57,702 nucleotides of DNA, filler included, from Hydrolagus affinis (GCA_012026655.1; 4 parts of 4 records of this genome joined end to end with filler, not necessarily neighbours in it); one strand, 5' to 3'; counted from the whole stretch's first letter, positions 11,626 through 24,632 are shown. Translations and numbers: made by a program. Notes: a model not told the origin generated them from the sequence alone.

Positions 11626-12639
11626 AAACCAGGAGCAAACACACACACCCACAGGGACTGCACATCCACACAGTGTGCAAACACACTCAGGGGACATACA
11701 CAAATGATGAACACACACACTGGGGGGAGCAAATACACATACATGGTGTGCAAACACACAGGGGCACTGACATGCAGTGCACACAAAAACATGAGGTGCA
11801 CACACACATGATGCACACACACCAGGGCACACACACATACCACCATATGAATCACACAAGCAAACATCATACAGAGCATGTACATACAAAGCATGCATAT
11901 ACAGCACTCGCACAACCACAACAACTTGCACTTATTTACCACTGACTCCGAGTCAGTATGGGGTGGTGGGAGGGGGGTGTAGCTGGTCATAAATACAGTT
12001 GAAGAGGAAATTTTCCGGGCGGGACTTGAAAAAGTGGAGAGGTGGTGATAAAGACACAGGGATTGATGGAGAGAGAGGGAGGGGGAAAGGCACAGGGATC
12101 GAGGGAGAGAGGGAGATGGGGCAAGATGGAGAGATTCAGGGAGGGAGGGAGATTGGAGAGGGAGAGAGGTGGCATAGAGTGCTGCAAACAGATCAGTGGG
12201 CTGTACAACCACAAACAACACTAACAACTTGGATTTATAATAATAATCACATTTATATAGCGCTTTCCACATCTTATCAATGACTCAAAGTGCTTCACAG
12301 ATACAACAGTGTCCCAAGGTAGGGACCAGAGCAGGGGGAGAGGGGTCGGGGTAGGGGGAAGGAGAGCAGAAAAAAACGACTGTATATTTGTGGGTGAAAT
12401 GCGGCAGACAATTTGCGCACAGCAGTGTCCCACAAACAGTCGCGGAGGTGAGGCCATGGGAGAAAGGGGTGAAAGAGGGTAAGGGGAGGGGTCGATGTAA
12501 GGGGAAAGAGAGTAGGAAAGCCGACTGTATATTTGTGGATGAAACGCCTTCCATGCAGGATGGTGTCTCAGAGCGCTTCACAATAATGGATCCCGGGCCG
12601 AGCCAAGGGGAAGGGGAAGAAGGTGGCAAGCACACTCAC

Positions 12640-13112
12640 CAGTGTGCTGTATAAACACACACACTAGTGTGCTAAATAAACAACAATATTGCACTTATAT
12701 AGCTCCTTTCACGTTGGGAGGACGTCCCAAAGCGCTGAACACACACACAACAGTGTGCTGTATAACACACACACACACCAGTGTGCTGTATAAACACACA
12801 CAGACACCAGATTGCTGTATAAACACACAGAGATGTGCTATATAAACACACACACAAGCACCAGTGTGATATATAAACACACACACCAGTGTGCTAATAT
12901 ACACACACACACACACACCAGTGTGCTAATATATACACACACCGGTGTGCTAATACACACACACACACACCAGTGTGCTAATACACACACACACACACCA
13001 GTGTGCTAATATACACACACACACACCAGTGTGCTAATATACACACACACACACACCAGTGTGCTAATATACACACACACACACACCAGTGTGCTAATAT
13101 ACACACACACAC
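12640..13112. repeat. ~30-bp tandem repeat running into the gap
   Basis: Units of (ac)n-cagtgtgctaatat. Confidence 0.9.
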
Positions 13113-13212
13113 NNNNNNNNNNNNNNNNNNNNNNNNNNNNNNNNNNNNNNNNNNNNTTAATTAATTAANNNNNNNNNNNNNNNNNNNNNNNNNNNNNNNN
13201 NNNNNNNNNNNN
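13113..13212. other. Artificial contig linker / gap
   Basis: 44 N + TTAATTAATTAA + 44 N; the insert has stops in all six frames. Confidence 0.97.
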
Positions 13213-14130
13213 TGACACTAAGTTAGGGAGAATAGTAAATAGTGAGGAGGATAGTAGCCATCTGCAAGAGGATATAGACAAATTGGTAAAGTGGGCAGAC
13301 ACATGGCAGATGAAGTTTAATGCAGAGAAGTGTGAGGTGATGCATTTTGGGAGAAGAAATGAAGGGAGGCAATATAGGCTAGAAAGTACGATTTTAAATG
13401 GTGTGAAGGAACAGAGAGACGTGGGGATTTGTGTTAGTGACTCGTTGAAGGTGGCAGAACAGGTAGACAAGGCTGTTAAGAAGGCATATTGGATACTAGG
13501 TTTTATAAATAGGGGTATAGAATACAAAAGTCAGGAAGTGCTGATTAACCTCTACAAAACATTGGTGAGGCCTCAGCTGGAATACTGTGTTGAATTCTGG
13601 TCACCACACTACAGAAAGGATGTGAAGACATTGGAAAGGGTACAAAGAAGATTTACTAGGATGGTGCCAGGATTGAGGGACTTCAGCTATGAGGAGAGGC
13701 TACATAGGCTAGGGTTATTCTCTCTGGAATAGAGAAGATTGAGGGGAGACCTAATAGAGGTGTACAAGATCATGAGGGATTTCGACAGAGTGAATAGAGA
13801 AAAACTATTTCCTCTCGTGGGCAAATCTGTGACTCGTGGTCACAGATTTAAAATAGTTTCAAGGCGAAGTAGAGGGGAATTAAGGAGAAATATTTTCACT
13901 CAGCGAGTTGTTCGAATCTGGAATGCATTGCCTGAAAAGGTGGTGGAGGCTGATTCGAGAACAACTTTTAAAAGGGAATTAGATCTTTATTTAGGGAGAA
14001 CAGGTCTATTAGGCTATGGGGAGCGGGCATGGCAGTGGGATTGAATCGCTCTTTTCAAAGAGCCGGCGCAGACTAGATGGGCCGAATGGCCTCCTTTTGT
14101 GCCGTAAAATTCTATGAATCTATGAATCTA
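13213..14130 (+). mobile_element. CR1-type LINE, 3' part of ORF2, relatively young
   Basis: KWADTWQMKFNAEKCEVMHFG...LVRPQLEYCVEFWSP...WNALP with one premature TAG; tail (tctatgaa)n abuts a GPCR pseudogene. Confidence 0.95.
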
Positions 14131-14530
14131 TCTTGCCTCTATGTCAGTAGCTGACCTGATTGTCAGAATCACATCGGTGATTTCCAGTCATGTTCTTCCT
14201 ATTTACTTCCTATTTCCATTCAAACAATTGCTCGTGTGTGGCTGCTGCTGGTGATACTAGATTCTGGCACAAGAGATATTTCTGTCTTGCTAACTGTGGC
14301 TTTTACCTGTGATCAATATATCGCCATCTGTTGCCAAAAACTTAGAACTAGATATAGCACTGAACAATAAACAATAAGCTGTGTGCGTGTATTCCCAAAG
14401 CAAGTTATCACAGCTCTCTCCCCTGGATAGTGTTTGACATGATCACCATTACTTTAACCCCATTTCCCCCATTTGTTCTCATCTTGCTGCTCAATGCCCT
14501 GACTGTCAGCCATATTCTTGTTGTGTACAA
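14131..14530 (+). pseudogene. Decayed GPR139-like GPCR fragment (TM2-TM5), cassette copy 1
   Basis: YLASMSVADLIVRI...LTVAFTCDQYIAICCQKLRTRYSTEQ* with stops and frameshifts; truncated 5' by the CR1. Confidence 0.75.
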
Positions 14531-14720
14531 TTGATATTAATATTGAAACAGACATTTATCTCAGCCATGATGAGGACAGTTCTGCCTCATTGACTTGTCC
14601 ATTTTGGTTTTTCCAGTTAAGACCCCCCTTTAGATAGACCCTCTCCTTCAATGTTGAGTGTTCTGAATGATGTGGGAGTGACATCTCCAATTGTTCTGTA
14701 CCTTGGAACACAAAACCAAC

Positions 14721-15023
14721 CTGGCAGAGGGATATGCACGTCTTGCCAGCTGCTGCTTTTAACCTTACAATGGATGTTGCTGTTGTCCATCTGAGATGCA
14801 GTGATTGTTAACTGGCTGCTCAGACTGTAGAGATCGTTCTTGTTGAGAACTGAGGGATAATTCTTGACTTGGTCAGTGATGGGACGTCCGTTTGATGTGC
14901 AGCTGAAAGTGGCCGGCTCGAGGATGTAGTTGGTGGCCAGACACCCGAAAGTCACGGAGCTTCCAGAAATGGATGGTCCACAGGATGGTAGCAGGGCATA
15001 AATACTGGGAGGACTAGGGACAG
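14721..15023 (-). CDS. Solitary immunoglobulin heavy chain CH1 (IgM-type C1) exon, copy 1
   Basis: 303-nt phase 1-1 open exon with acceptor tttccag and donor gttggt: VPSPPSIYALLPSCGPSISGSSVTFGCLATNYILEPATFSCTSNGRPITDQVKNYPSVLNKNDLYSLSSQLTITASQMDNSNIHCKVKSSSWQDVHIPLP. YPSVLNK...LSSQLTIT is typical of shark IgM CH1; the conserved Trp is replaced by Cys. Confidence 0.82.
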
Positions 15024-15609
15024 CTGGAAACCGGGAGCGAAGCTACATTCCAGTTTCTCCAATTTGGACAAACACACAGATAAACTGATATAATCCTGTG
15101 ACACAAATCAACACAGGTAGGCGTGTAAATGCTTGTTTGTGTATGTGTTTAGTTGTGTATTTATGAGTGTGTGTACGCGTGTATCTATGTAGTTAGGCAG
15201 GCAGCTAGGTAGGTACATACATACATATGTATGTATATGTTTGTATGTTTAAGCATTCTGAGACGCCGTCCGGCATGGAGGGCGCTATAATACATCCAAG
15301 TTGTTGTTGTTTTTTAACGTCTGTTTCTGTGTAGATATGATTGATTGTATATATGTATATATGTGTAGATATAAATGCTTGTATGTATGTATATGTGTGT
15401 ACACAGCTTGGGACTGAAACATTGATTGTCTAGTGCCTTGAGATGTGCTCCCAACGTGAAAGGCCAGGTGGATATTCCAAGGCACTGGACAATCAAAATT
15501 TTCTTACTCCACTCACCTGGTAATAATCCCGTAAAACAATAATAAATTGGACATTTCAAACCAATTGTGGGACACTGCAGTACGCAATTGTCTGCCATGT
15601 TTCATATCT

Positions 15610-16535
15610 TAGCTTAATATATCTAAATTTGCCGATGACACGAAACTAGGAGTAAACGTTAACACCAAGGATGACATTAAAAAATGCAGCACGATAGTGA
15701 TAGCTTAGGTCAATGGGCAGGTAGGTGGCAGATGAAGTATGATGTGCGAAGCCATCCGCCTAGGTGGCACAAACAGCACAGCGGGTTATTTTTTTAGTGG
15801 GGGAGAGATTGGAAAGTGTTAGCGGAAGATGGACTAGGGTGTCCTTTTACAACAAACGCAGAAAGTTGGTGTGCGGGTGCAGCAGGCGATTAGGAAGGCT
15901 AAAGGTATGTTAGCTTTCATTATGAAAGGATTAGAGTATAAGAGTAAGGAAGTCTTCCTGCAGCTGTATAGGGCCCCTGGAATACTGTGTGCAGTTTTGG
16001 TCTCTTTATTTAAGGAAGGATGTACTTGCTTTTGAGGGAGTGCAGCGTAAATTTACTAGTTTAGTACCTGGAATGAGGTGATGAGCTATGACGATATGTT
16101 GATTAATTTGAGTCTATAATCTCTGGAATATAGAAGAATTAGAGGGGATTTTATAGAAAACTATAAGACTGTTAAGGGGTACGATAAAGTAGATAGTGGG
16201 AGATTGTTTGCCTGGTTGGAGAAACTAAAACCAGGGGTCACAGTCTGAAAGTTAGGGGTCAACCGTTTTCATACTGAGTTGAGAAAAAATTTCTTCAATT
16301 AAAGGGTCGTGAATTTATGGAATTCTCTGCCCCATAACGCTGTGGATGCTCATTGCTTGAACTTATTGAAGACTGAGATTGATAGATTTCTTATGGATCA
16401 AGGGATTAAGGAATATGGTGATAAGCTAGGGAGGTGGAACTGGAATAGATGAGACAGAATCTTATTGAATAGTAGTGCAAGCTCGAGGGGCCGAATGGCC
16501 TACTCCTGCTCCTAATTCTTGTGTTCTTATGTTCT
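15610..16535 (+). mobile_element. CR1-type LINE fragment (older, different subfamily)
   Basis: KFADDTKLG motif; decayed RT C-terminus; tail ggccgaatggcctactcctgctcct...ttcttatgttct. Confidence 0.85.
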
Positions 16536-16739
16536 AACATGCCATGCCTCCAGAGATTGGGTTACGTGAACTTAGAGGTATTTTAAAATTTGTATCAATT
16601 GGCTTATATTACCTTCAAAAAAGGCATCCCTTTATACTTCTCTGCATTAAATTTTATCTGCCATGTGTCAGCCAATTTCATCAGCCTGTCTGGTCCCACC
16701 TCACTTTTCTATATTTTGTGGATAAATACATGAACTACA

Positions 16740-17600
16740 TCAACAACAAAATTACACTTGTATAGTGCCTTTCTCATCAGGAGCATGTCCCAAGGCGCTG
16801 GACAGTTACTGCTTCAGATCCGATCAGAGGACAGGGGATGGGGAGGGAAGTGGGAATTAGGAGGTGCCAACAGGTACATCGAAGAGGACAGTCTTGAGGT
16901 GGGAGTTGAAAGAGGCCATAGAGGGGGCGAGGAGGAGGGATCGTGGGATGGAATTCCAGAGGTCGGGTGCAGAGTGGCTGAAGGCTAGTAAGTGGATAGG
17001 AGATCACCGATGTAGGGTGGGGAAAGCTTGTAGACGGCTGTAAATGTGAGGAACAGGATCTTGAATTGAATCCTCTGGATGGTGGGGAGCCAGGGGAGTC
17101 GGGCAAGGACAGTGGAGATGGGGTCACAGTGGAATGGTAGAGGACATGGGCCGCAGAGTTCCTGATTATCTGCAGCCTGTGGAGGGAGGAATTGGGAAGG
17201 TCGACCAGCAAGGCATTTGCATAATCAAGCCAGTCTATAATGAAAGCATAGATGATGGTTTCAGCGGGTTTGGGGGTGAGGCAGTGGCGGAGTCAGGCAA
17301 TGTTGCAGAGGTGGAGAAAGGCAAACCGGGTCATTGCTTAGACAGTCTGAAAGGACAATGGTTGTCCTGGAGTCGAGGGTAGAGGCAGAGAAATAGAGTT
17401 GGATGTCATCCGCACACATGTGGAAGTTAACCCCATGTCTGTGGATGATATTACTAAGTGGGAGCATATAGATATTGAAAAGTAAGTGGCCAAGGACAGA
17501 GTTCTGGGGGGTTCCGCAGGTGACAGGGGCTGGGAGAGAAACCGTTGGTGGTGACAAAGTGTAGACGATGAGAGAGGTAGGAGTTCAACCAACTGAGGGC
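16740..17600 (-). mobile_element. L2-clade LINE fragment
   Basis: GTPQNSVLGHLLFNIYM and CADDIQLY; 3' tail near 16740. Confidence 0.88.
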
Positions 17601-17744
17601 CAAGTCCGCGGAGATTGAGGAGGGAGGAGAAGCGGCATAACTAATACACAAATGGAGGTGGTTGTATTATTGACTTGAGTAGTAGTGACAATAATATTAA
17701 TACTCCTTGCGTGTGATAGAGCACCTGATCGTTTCTTCGAGACT

Positions 17745-17972
17745 TCCTCTAGTGCTTCATAGTATATACTCACAGAATAAGTGAAGTGACTGTGTGTTTT
17801 GTGAGTTAAATTTGGCAGCCAATTACAGGCATTGGGGTTTCAGAGACCACATTATTTTTAGCATTGTGTCTTGTTTGCAATAATATATTATTTTCCAGGA
17901 GTTTGCCCTACCCGGCAATTGAAGCCAAGTCGTCTGACTTGCTAGGTGAGTGCTCTAACCACTAAGCTACAG
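17745..17972 (-). mobile_element. Deu-type SINE
   Basis: rc of the tRNA-like head (tgtagcttagtggttagagcactc) and aattggctgcc core. Confidence 0.75.
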
Positions 17973-19374
17973 GTAAGTCAGTGTTGAGTTATGTGTATTT
18001 TAGTGTATAACACCATGATGAATACTTGGCAGTGTTTGACTGTGGCAGCCCGAGCCCTATAGAGAATAGACACTTCATCTTCCTCACAGAGACTGGTGGG
18101 AAATCGCACATCATGTTCTCTTGTGATTCAATGTATTATTCTCTGTCCAGCTCAGGAACTGGTGAGGATGGGCAAATCATGGACGGCTCATGTACTGGTT
18201 CCTTTTAGATGTTCATCAGAGCTCAATTGATGTTATATATTTTAGTAATTGTACATATACTGCAGATAAATTGCTTCCCAATAAATGTATTCCTCACCCC
18301 CAAAGCTCGGGTCGAGTTCCCCACTGTTTAGTCCTTGGGACATCTACCTGATATGAAATGTAGTAAATGTAAGTGTTGTTGGATAATATCAGCAATTATT
18401 TGAAATGTAATACATGTAAGTGTGTTGTTGTAGAATGTCAGTAATGTACAGATTATGGGTGTAATGGAAACGCTCATTGAATCCAGAATCAAACATTCCT
18501 TCAACAGGTCAAGAAACCTTCACTTTCAATGTTTCATGGAGCAGTAGTTTACACTTTACAGATAGTTACTATGTTTGGAAGGAAACTGTGACTAATTGAT
18601 ATCTGCTCGCAATATAAGTGTTCATCTAATATCATGAACCTCTAGTAAAGTACGGTCTGACACAAATATTGTACAAAAAATATAAACACTTATTAACTCA
18701 GATGAGTAATATTTAGAGTAATATTTATATGTAAATAAATGAATACATAACAACAAAGCTTACATTTTGATGCAAAGCTCACAACAGTTGACATTGGCCA
18801 AACCAATGTGCCAAACAGAAGGAGGAGTAATGTCCAATTTATGTTTAATTTCATGTCCATGAAAGGTATACAGGTGCTGCTGCACAGCTGCCCGTTCGAT
18901 CAGAAAAATGATACCCAGGTACTGCAGTACTGTCGTGTAAGACTTCATCTTGAATTTTCTTTCTTAGGAAATGGAATATGGTGACTCCAAGTTCCACCGT
19001 CATCTTTTTTCTCCCTCTTCTTTATTCCTCACGTCGATCCCTCTTTTTTTGTGCTTTTTTGTAAATTTGAAACCTACTTTCTTCTGCAAGAGGGCTTCCC
19101 TGCAAAATCAAAGTTACACCGCTGTCTCTCCAGCTATCTCTCCATGAGAAATACAATCATGAGGATTCAAAAAACTGTTATCTATAATGTGTCTAGAATC
19201 ATCTTATCTATATATTTTCTCCCCCACTGCGAAGCCAACTACAATCAGCTCACATCATAAGCGATCGATCACGTGTCTCAAATATATATTGCTAATGTAA
19301 TGGATATATTAATTTGACACATTAACTACAGATTCCACAGTAATGTTGGAAGATTTCCCTGTTTGTGAAGATAT

Positions 19375-20345
19375 TCACCAATGTTGCTGAAGTTCATCCG
19401 CATTGGTAGCCAAATTCTTTCCTGCCTTGTGTTGATGATGTTTTATGATTAAGTTAGCAATGATATGAAAGGGATAAACTAACCCTTTCTTACACTCCTC
19501 TCTGAACTTAGTCTGTGTTAATGCATAGATACAGGTGTTTGCACAACAACTCAACCTTTGCAGCATGATCCCAGTTTCTTGGACAATATATCGGGTGTTA
19601 TTGACAAATGTTTTGCTATAATTCGAATTGGAAAGTTGCCATATGAATGAATGTAGAACAAATGTTACCCACAAAATTATAAAAGTGCCTGATATGGCGA
19701 ACAGTAAAACAACAGATTTTTTTCGGGTTTTCAACTCGGGATCAATTGTTTTCTCAGCATTTCTCTGACCATGAAGCCTCCTGCGGACTTTACTGGCCAT
19801 CAGAATGTGTCTGATAACCACAGCATTGAACAGGCAAATCAAAGCAAACACAAATAGTGGATTAAATACACGGAGAAACCTTTCGTATAATTTCCAGGTG
19901 AGCAAAGTGTAAAAGTTTGGTTTGAAGAAACAGTACCATGGGGTATTGTTAACTATAGTCGCAAGATCAAATATAAAGTAACAAAGAATGCTGGCTAAGC
20001 AGCTCAAAACAGACAGAGTCACAATAACCACTGTGGCCGTTCTCTCCGTGCAATATATTGGTCTCAGATTTTGGCAGCAAATGGCAACAAATCGATCAAA
20101 ACTGAAAGCAAGAGTGAACCACAATGAAATAAAGGTGGCTGCAGTCCTCAACACAACAATGACACTACACACTGGAGTGTAAAATAGGAAATTTAATGGG
20201 AAATACAGATTGTTAATTTTGATTAACAACACATCCAAGAGGACAACCAGGAGATCCGCGGCTGCCATGGCCACCAGATAGAGAGTGATGCACTTAGAGA
20301 GACCACAGTTTCCTTTTGACAGGTTCACAATCGCCACCAAATTAA
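19375..20345 (-). CDS. Class A GPCR, GPR139-like, gene A exon 2
   Basis: Open frame covering the second half of TM1 through TM7 with DRF(Y), LAMAAADL and NTCIY motifs; phase-1 acceptor ttcacacag at 20346-47. With exon 1 it gives ~346 aa. Confidence 0.88.
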
Positions 20346-20559
20346 CTGTGTGAACAATAGAAAACAGGGAAAATTATTCATCTGAGTACAGGAGTGAGAT
20401 TAGCTGTTTACAGGTGTGTCATATTTGGTTGTTTCTTTATTTGAGTTGATTCAATTAATTCAGAACATCGTCCTTGTCTCAATCGTTTAACAAACCCTTT
20501 CATACAGGTTGGATTTCTGTCCTTGATGTAAGGAAGCCTGCACTAAACAATCAGCAAAA

Positions 20560-21750
20560 TTATTTCTCCTGATTACTTTCCAAAGCGTTGCTCTCAAACA
20601 TCATGCTAGTTCACCTCTGTTTGCTCAAAGGACAGGTACCACCCACTGAACGCACCTGGCTGAAATTTGTTCTAATGATACACCGGTTATCTGACTGCAC
20701 CACATCAAAACCTATCACCGTGCTCTCGTCTCTGCCAAATCATACTTCTACTCCAGGATAATCCTTGAGGTGAAGGACAACCACAAGTCATTGTTCTCCG
20801 CAAGAAATCGGCTAGTCTGCTATCTCCATCACGCCTCTCAGATCCTCTCCTTCAAATCCCACTGCGAGGAGTTGCTGGATTTCCGCGAGTATAAAATCGA
20901 GGGAATCAAATCAGCTGCCACCACCTGTCCAACTTCCATCCCATCCACACCTTTCCAGCACACCACAGCGTCTACCCATCCATCCTTCCACACCTTCGAA
21001 CCTATCTCTCCATACTCTGCCATCACCACCATATCCTCCATGGAGCCCACTACCTGCTCCCTCCATTCCCACTTCTCTTTCCCTCCAGCTCCACCTCCTT
21101 GCCTCTCTACTTCCTGAAAATGTGCACCTGTCCCTTTCAACTGCCATTGTTCCGACCCACGTCAAAACAGCCAACATCACCCGCATCATTAAGAAACCTT
21201 CCCTTGATGTGCTTTCAAACTATCAGCCCATCTCCAACATCACTTTTCTGTCAAACGTCCTTGAAAGAGTCATTGCCTCCGAAACTCACTTCTCTCTTCC
21301 ACCCATTTCTTCAACGAGCCCTTTCAACTGGGTTTCCATGCTGCAGGCAGCACTGATCAAAGTCTTTGATGACATTCTTAACCTCTGCCACCAGGGCTCT
21401 CTCTTTGTCCTCCTTGTCCTCCTCGACCTGTTCGACACTGTCGCGTGATCCACCCTCCAACATCGTCTCTCATCCCTCCTCAATCTCCGTCGACCTGCCC
21501 TAGTGGATCAGTGGATGGGCTTTCAGCATCACTGCCACTGCACTCCGAAACTCCATCCCACATTACCTTTACCTGGATTCTTCCATTGCCTCCTCCTCTT
21601 CGACCATGCCTTCTGCTGCCCTCCTAACTCACTGCCGCCCATCCCCACTACCCTACACCTATCCCTTGCTCAGGTCCCGACCTGGCTGTTCAGTGCCTTG
21701 GGACGTCCTCTCGATGTGAAAGACAACAATGTAATTTTGTTGTTGTTGTA
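20560..21750 (+). mobile_element. Decayed, internally deleted L2-clade LINE in the GPCR A intron (shared with copy 2)
   Basis: NYQPISNITFLSNVLERV and LLDLFDTV motifs, family 3' tail; orthologous to 38800-39965. Confidence 0.85.
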
Positions 21751-22348
21751 ATGTTCAAATCCCAGACAAATGGCTCAATAATAGGACAGTACAATTAATC
21801 GGTGCCTTCTCCAAATAACCCAGCGAGGCTAAATGCTGCAAATTATGTGTCCTTTTTTTATTCTGTTTTATTGCAAGTCAGAAAAGTTATTATGGAATCA
21901 TATATATTTACAAGAAAATTTAGATTTTTGGCTCTTTGCGTGTGCACTAGATCTCAGATAAAGTTATATATTCAGATTCACAATCCTGAATATCCCCATT
22001 TCTGTAGACGAGTCCTGCAGCTAAATGATTAGAGCTCAAGCGATGAACCTGGGTTCGATTCCAGGCAGGTCAGGGCGAAACTTTGTCAAGTTTCCTTACT
22101 CCACATGCTGGCAATGATCCATCATCAAAAGATAATAAAATTGGTCATTTTAATTCATTATAGTTTGTGGGACACTGAAGCGCACAATTGGCTGTCGCCT
22201 TTTGCCGACAAACACAAACTCATTTCACTTGACAGTATATTCTTTGAGTTGCTTTGAGATTTCTAGAAAACATGACAGGGGGCCATATCAAGTGACAATT
22301 GAAGTCATCTATTCACGATTGCCACAACATGAAAACAAATAGAATTAC

Positions 22349-22418
22349 CCGGAATTCCAAATGCTGCCAGAATGGGGTAGTAAATAGCTACTACAGCGTA
22401 CACTGTTGGAAATTCCAT
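22349..22418 (-). CDS. GPCR gene A exon 1
   Basis: ATG, 70 nt, MEFPTVYAVVAIYYPILAAFGIP + G, donor gtaatt; phase 1 matches exon 2. Confidence 0.85.
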
Positions 22419-23469
22419 GCCCTGTTTCACACTCTAATGTTTTCCTGCTGAAGTGGAGGCTTGAATGAAATCAATGTACTCACACTGAAATAAAACTGTA
22501 CTTATAGCAAATGTGAAGTTACCACTTGAATAATTAATGCAGTTAATGCAATTATTTCCAGATCAGTAAACAAACAAGAGTGTTTTCACATGAGAATTGC
22601 ACACTGCAATGTAAACTGTGGCTTGTGGCACAAGGAAGCTTGCTAAATGTGTCGTCCTGCTGGGAATCGAACCCAGGTCACTGGCTTAATAGGCGAGTGC
22701 TCTGACCACTGAGCTACATGAATCTACAATGTGAAAGTTATTGTATTTTTCAGGCAAATTATTTATTTAATTGACAATCCCCAAAACAACCTTAGATTAC
22801 TTGAAATCTGCAATGCTATCTATCTTGGCCTCATAGTAACACACAATAGGAACCACAGAGTCAGAGGATCCTCCGTCTAATCGTGATAACATAACCACTT
22901 AATGCAACTAAGTAAATTTTCATTTTTACTGTCAGTGATTGTCAGTGAATCAGCAGCTGTAGCTTCTTTGTAATCTTCAACTACAATAATAATAATGCTT
23001 GCATTTAATATAACGCATTCTCCTGTCTTTTAGATTTCTCAAAGCACTTCGCAAAATATACTGTAAAGTGAATTGACCGTATATTGGTGTGTGAAACACA
23101 AATCACTTGTTTCATGTCGAGTCTTGTAGCTTAGTAGTTAGAGTTCTAGACTTGCTATCAAGAGACATGAGTTCAATTCCATCGCAGGGAGAAAAATTGT
23201 GCGAAATATTTGCGGTATATTCTGTGGATCCCATTGACACTTACAGAAGGTGTGAAAAGCACTTTATTAAATGCAAGGATTATCATAATTTATTATGTTG
23301 CTCTCCACTCTCACTGATACATTCTTTACAAGTGCCATGTGCATAGATTCCACTATGCGACGTCCGAAGGCACTTGGGAGGACGTCCTAAGGCACTGAAC
23401 GATCAGGTCAGCACCCAAGCATTGGGGGAAGGGTGGGGGTAGGGGGAAGGGGAAGGAGAGTAGGAGAGG

Positions 23470-23745
23470 ACTTTCAGTTTTTCTGCTCCCACCCTGTGGA
23501 ATTCCATCCCCCAATCCCTTTGTCTTGTTTCTTCCCTTTCCTCCTTCAAGGCCGGTTTGAAGACTTTCCTCTTCGACCGTGCCTTTTGTTCCACCCCGAA
23601 TTCTTCAACCTCCCCTTCGTGTTTCACCCCCGCCCAAACACTCCATTCCCAGCTCGGGTCACACTCCCCCTGTGCAGCGCCTTGGGACGTCCTCCCGACG
23701 TGAAAGGCGCTCTATAAATGTAATTTGTTGTTGTAATTTGTTGTT
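23470..23745 (+). mobile_element. Young L2-clade LINE 3' end
   Basis: Near-identical to 25527-25833 (rc), 43380-43655 and 43742-43908 (rc). Confidence 0.88.
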
Positions 23746-23759
23746 GAAAGGTTGATGGT

Positions 23760-24180
23760 GTCAGAAATGAGCGGGGCCAAAAGGTGGAGCTGGGTGCGGA
23801 TGGGGTCCAATGGACACGTAGTTGGTTTCATGGAGGTGAATATTTTTGTGACTAAAGACGGAGTGGTGGGGTTGAAAGTATGAAATGGGGGATGGGTGGG
23901 GGTTGAAGTAACGGATGGAGGGGCAGAGGTGTAGGAGAGGTGGGGGGAGTAAACCGCAGAGTGGATTCTCTATATTTTGCACTCGAGGAAGTCCAGCATT
24001 TCCTCGCAATGTTCGTTTGAGGAGACGAACTGCGAAGCGAGGTGGGGGTGGCGAAGGAGCTGGTTGGTTGTGGCAAAGAGGAGGCGGTGGTTGTCGTTCG
24101 CTTCCGGGATTATCCTGGAGTACAAGGCTCATTTAACGGTGGCTAGGGCGGACATTTTGGAGGCCAATGCGGAAAGATAC
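23760..24180 (-). mobile_element. L2-clade LINE internal fragment
   Basis: Minus-strand YSRIIPEANDNHRLLFATTNQLL...EHCEEMLDFLECKIEN, homologous to the 20770 region. Confidence 0.65.
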
Positions 24181-24538
24181 CCCATCTCACTGAATTAAAA
24201 CTCTATCAAAACCACCCTGACATATCACTGAACTCCAATACTATAGTTCCCTTCCCCATATAGCACTGCACTGCACTGAAATCCTAGTTTGGCCTGACTA
24301 ATTACAGACGTTTTCATGGTCTATCAATCAAACACATTATCCATGTTTGTTGATAGTTGGAATAATAGGTTGAGCTGTATTTCTTCAAAACGAACCAATT
24401 TTCATGTCTAATAAATGTAAACTCGGACTTTAATATTCCAAGTCGTGTCTGATATGAAGAGTTCTACATAATTGGAAGTTGTCATTATTGCTGTTGAAAA
24501 CTAAAATGAGATGCTGAACCACAGAACATATTACAGTA

Positions 24539-24632
24539 GCTCTAGTGGTGCAATATTTTAGCGCGGGGGACATATATGTCAGTACTTGCTCGAGAAATGC
24601 CGAGGTTGTGAGTTCGATCCTCACCTAGACCA
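24539..24632 (+). pseudogene. Intron-containing tRNA-Ile(UAU) pseudogene
   Basis: gctctagtggtgcaat...gcgcgg...tata[intron]atgccgaggttgtgagttcgatcctcacctagacca matches vertebrate tRNA-Ile-TAT. The D-loop GG and anticodon loop are mutated; a T5 terminator follows at ~24637. Confidence 0.8.

Larger units (their letters stand above)
14131..23100. repeat. Segmental duplication, copy 1 (paralogous to ~34205-43745)
   Basis: Collinear matches of the GPCR pseudogene, CH1 exon, intergenic blocks, GPCR exons 2 and 1 and upstream flank, with copy-specific LINE insertions. Confidence 0.9.

Noticed and set aside
10179-13009. Cys/Val/His/Thr-rich ORFs
   Set aside because: Translations of CA/TG-rich low-complexity repeats.
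13157-13168. Palindromic TTAATTAATTAA as a biological motif
   Set aside because: Identical artificial linker centred in each N run.
15428-15492. Small hairpin formed by head-to-head L2/SINE 3' ends (similar case near 41420-41500)
   Set aside because: Explained by two copies of a very abundant tail in opposite orientation; no evidence of function.
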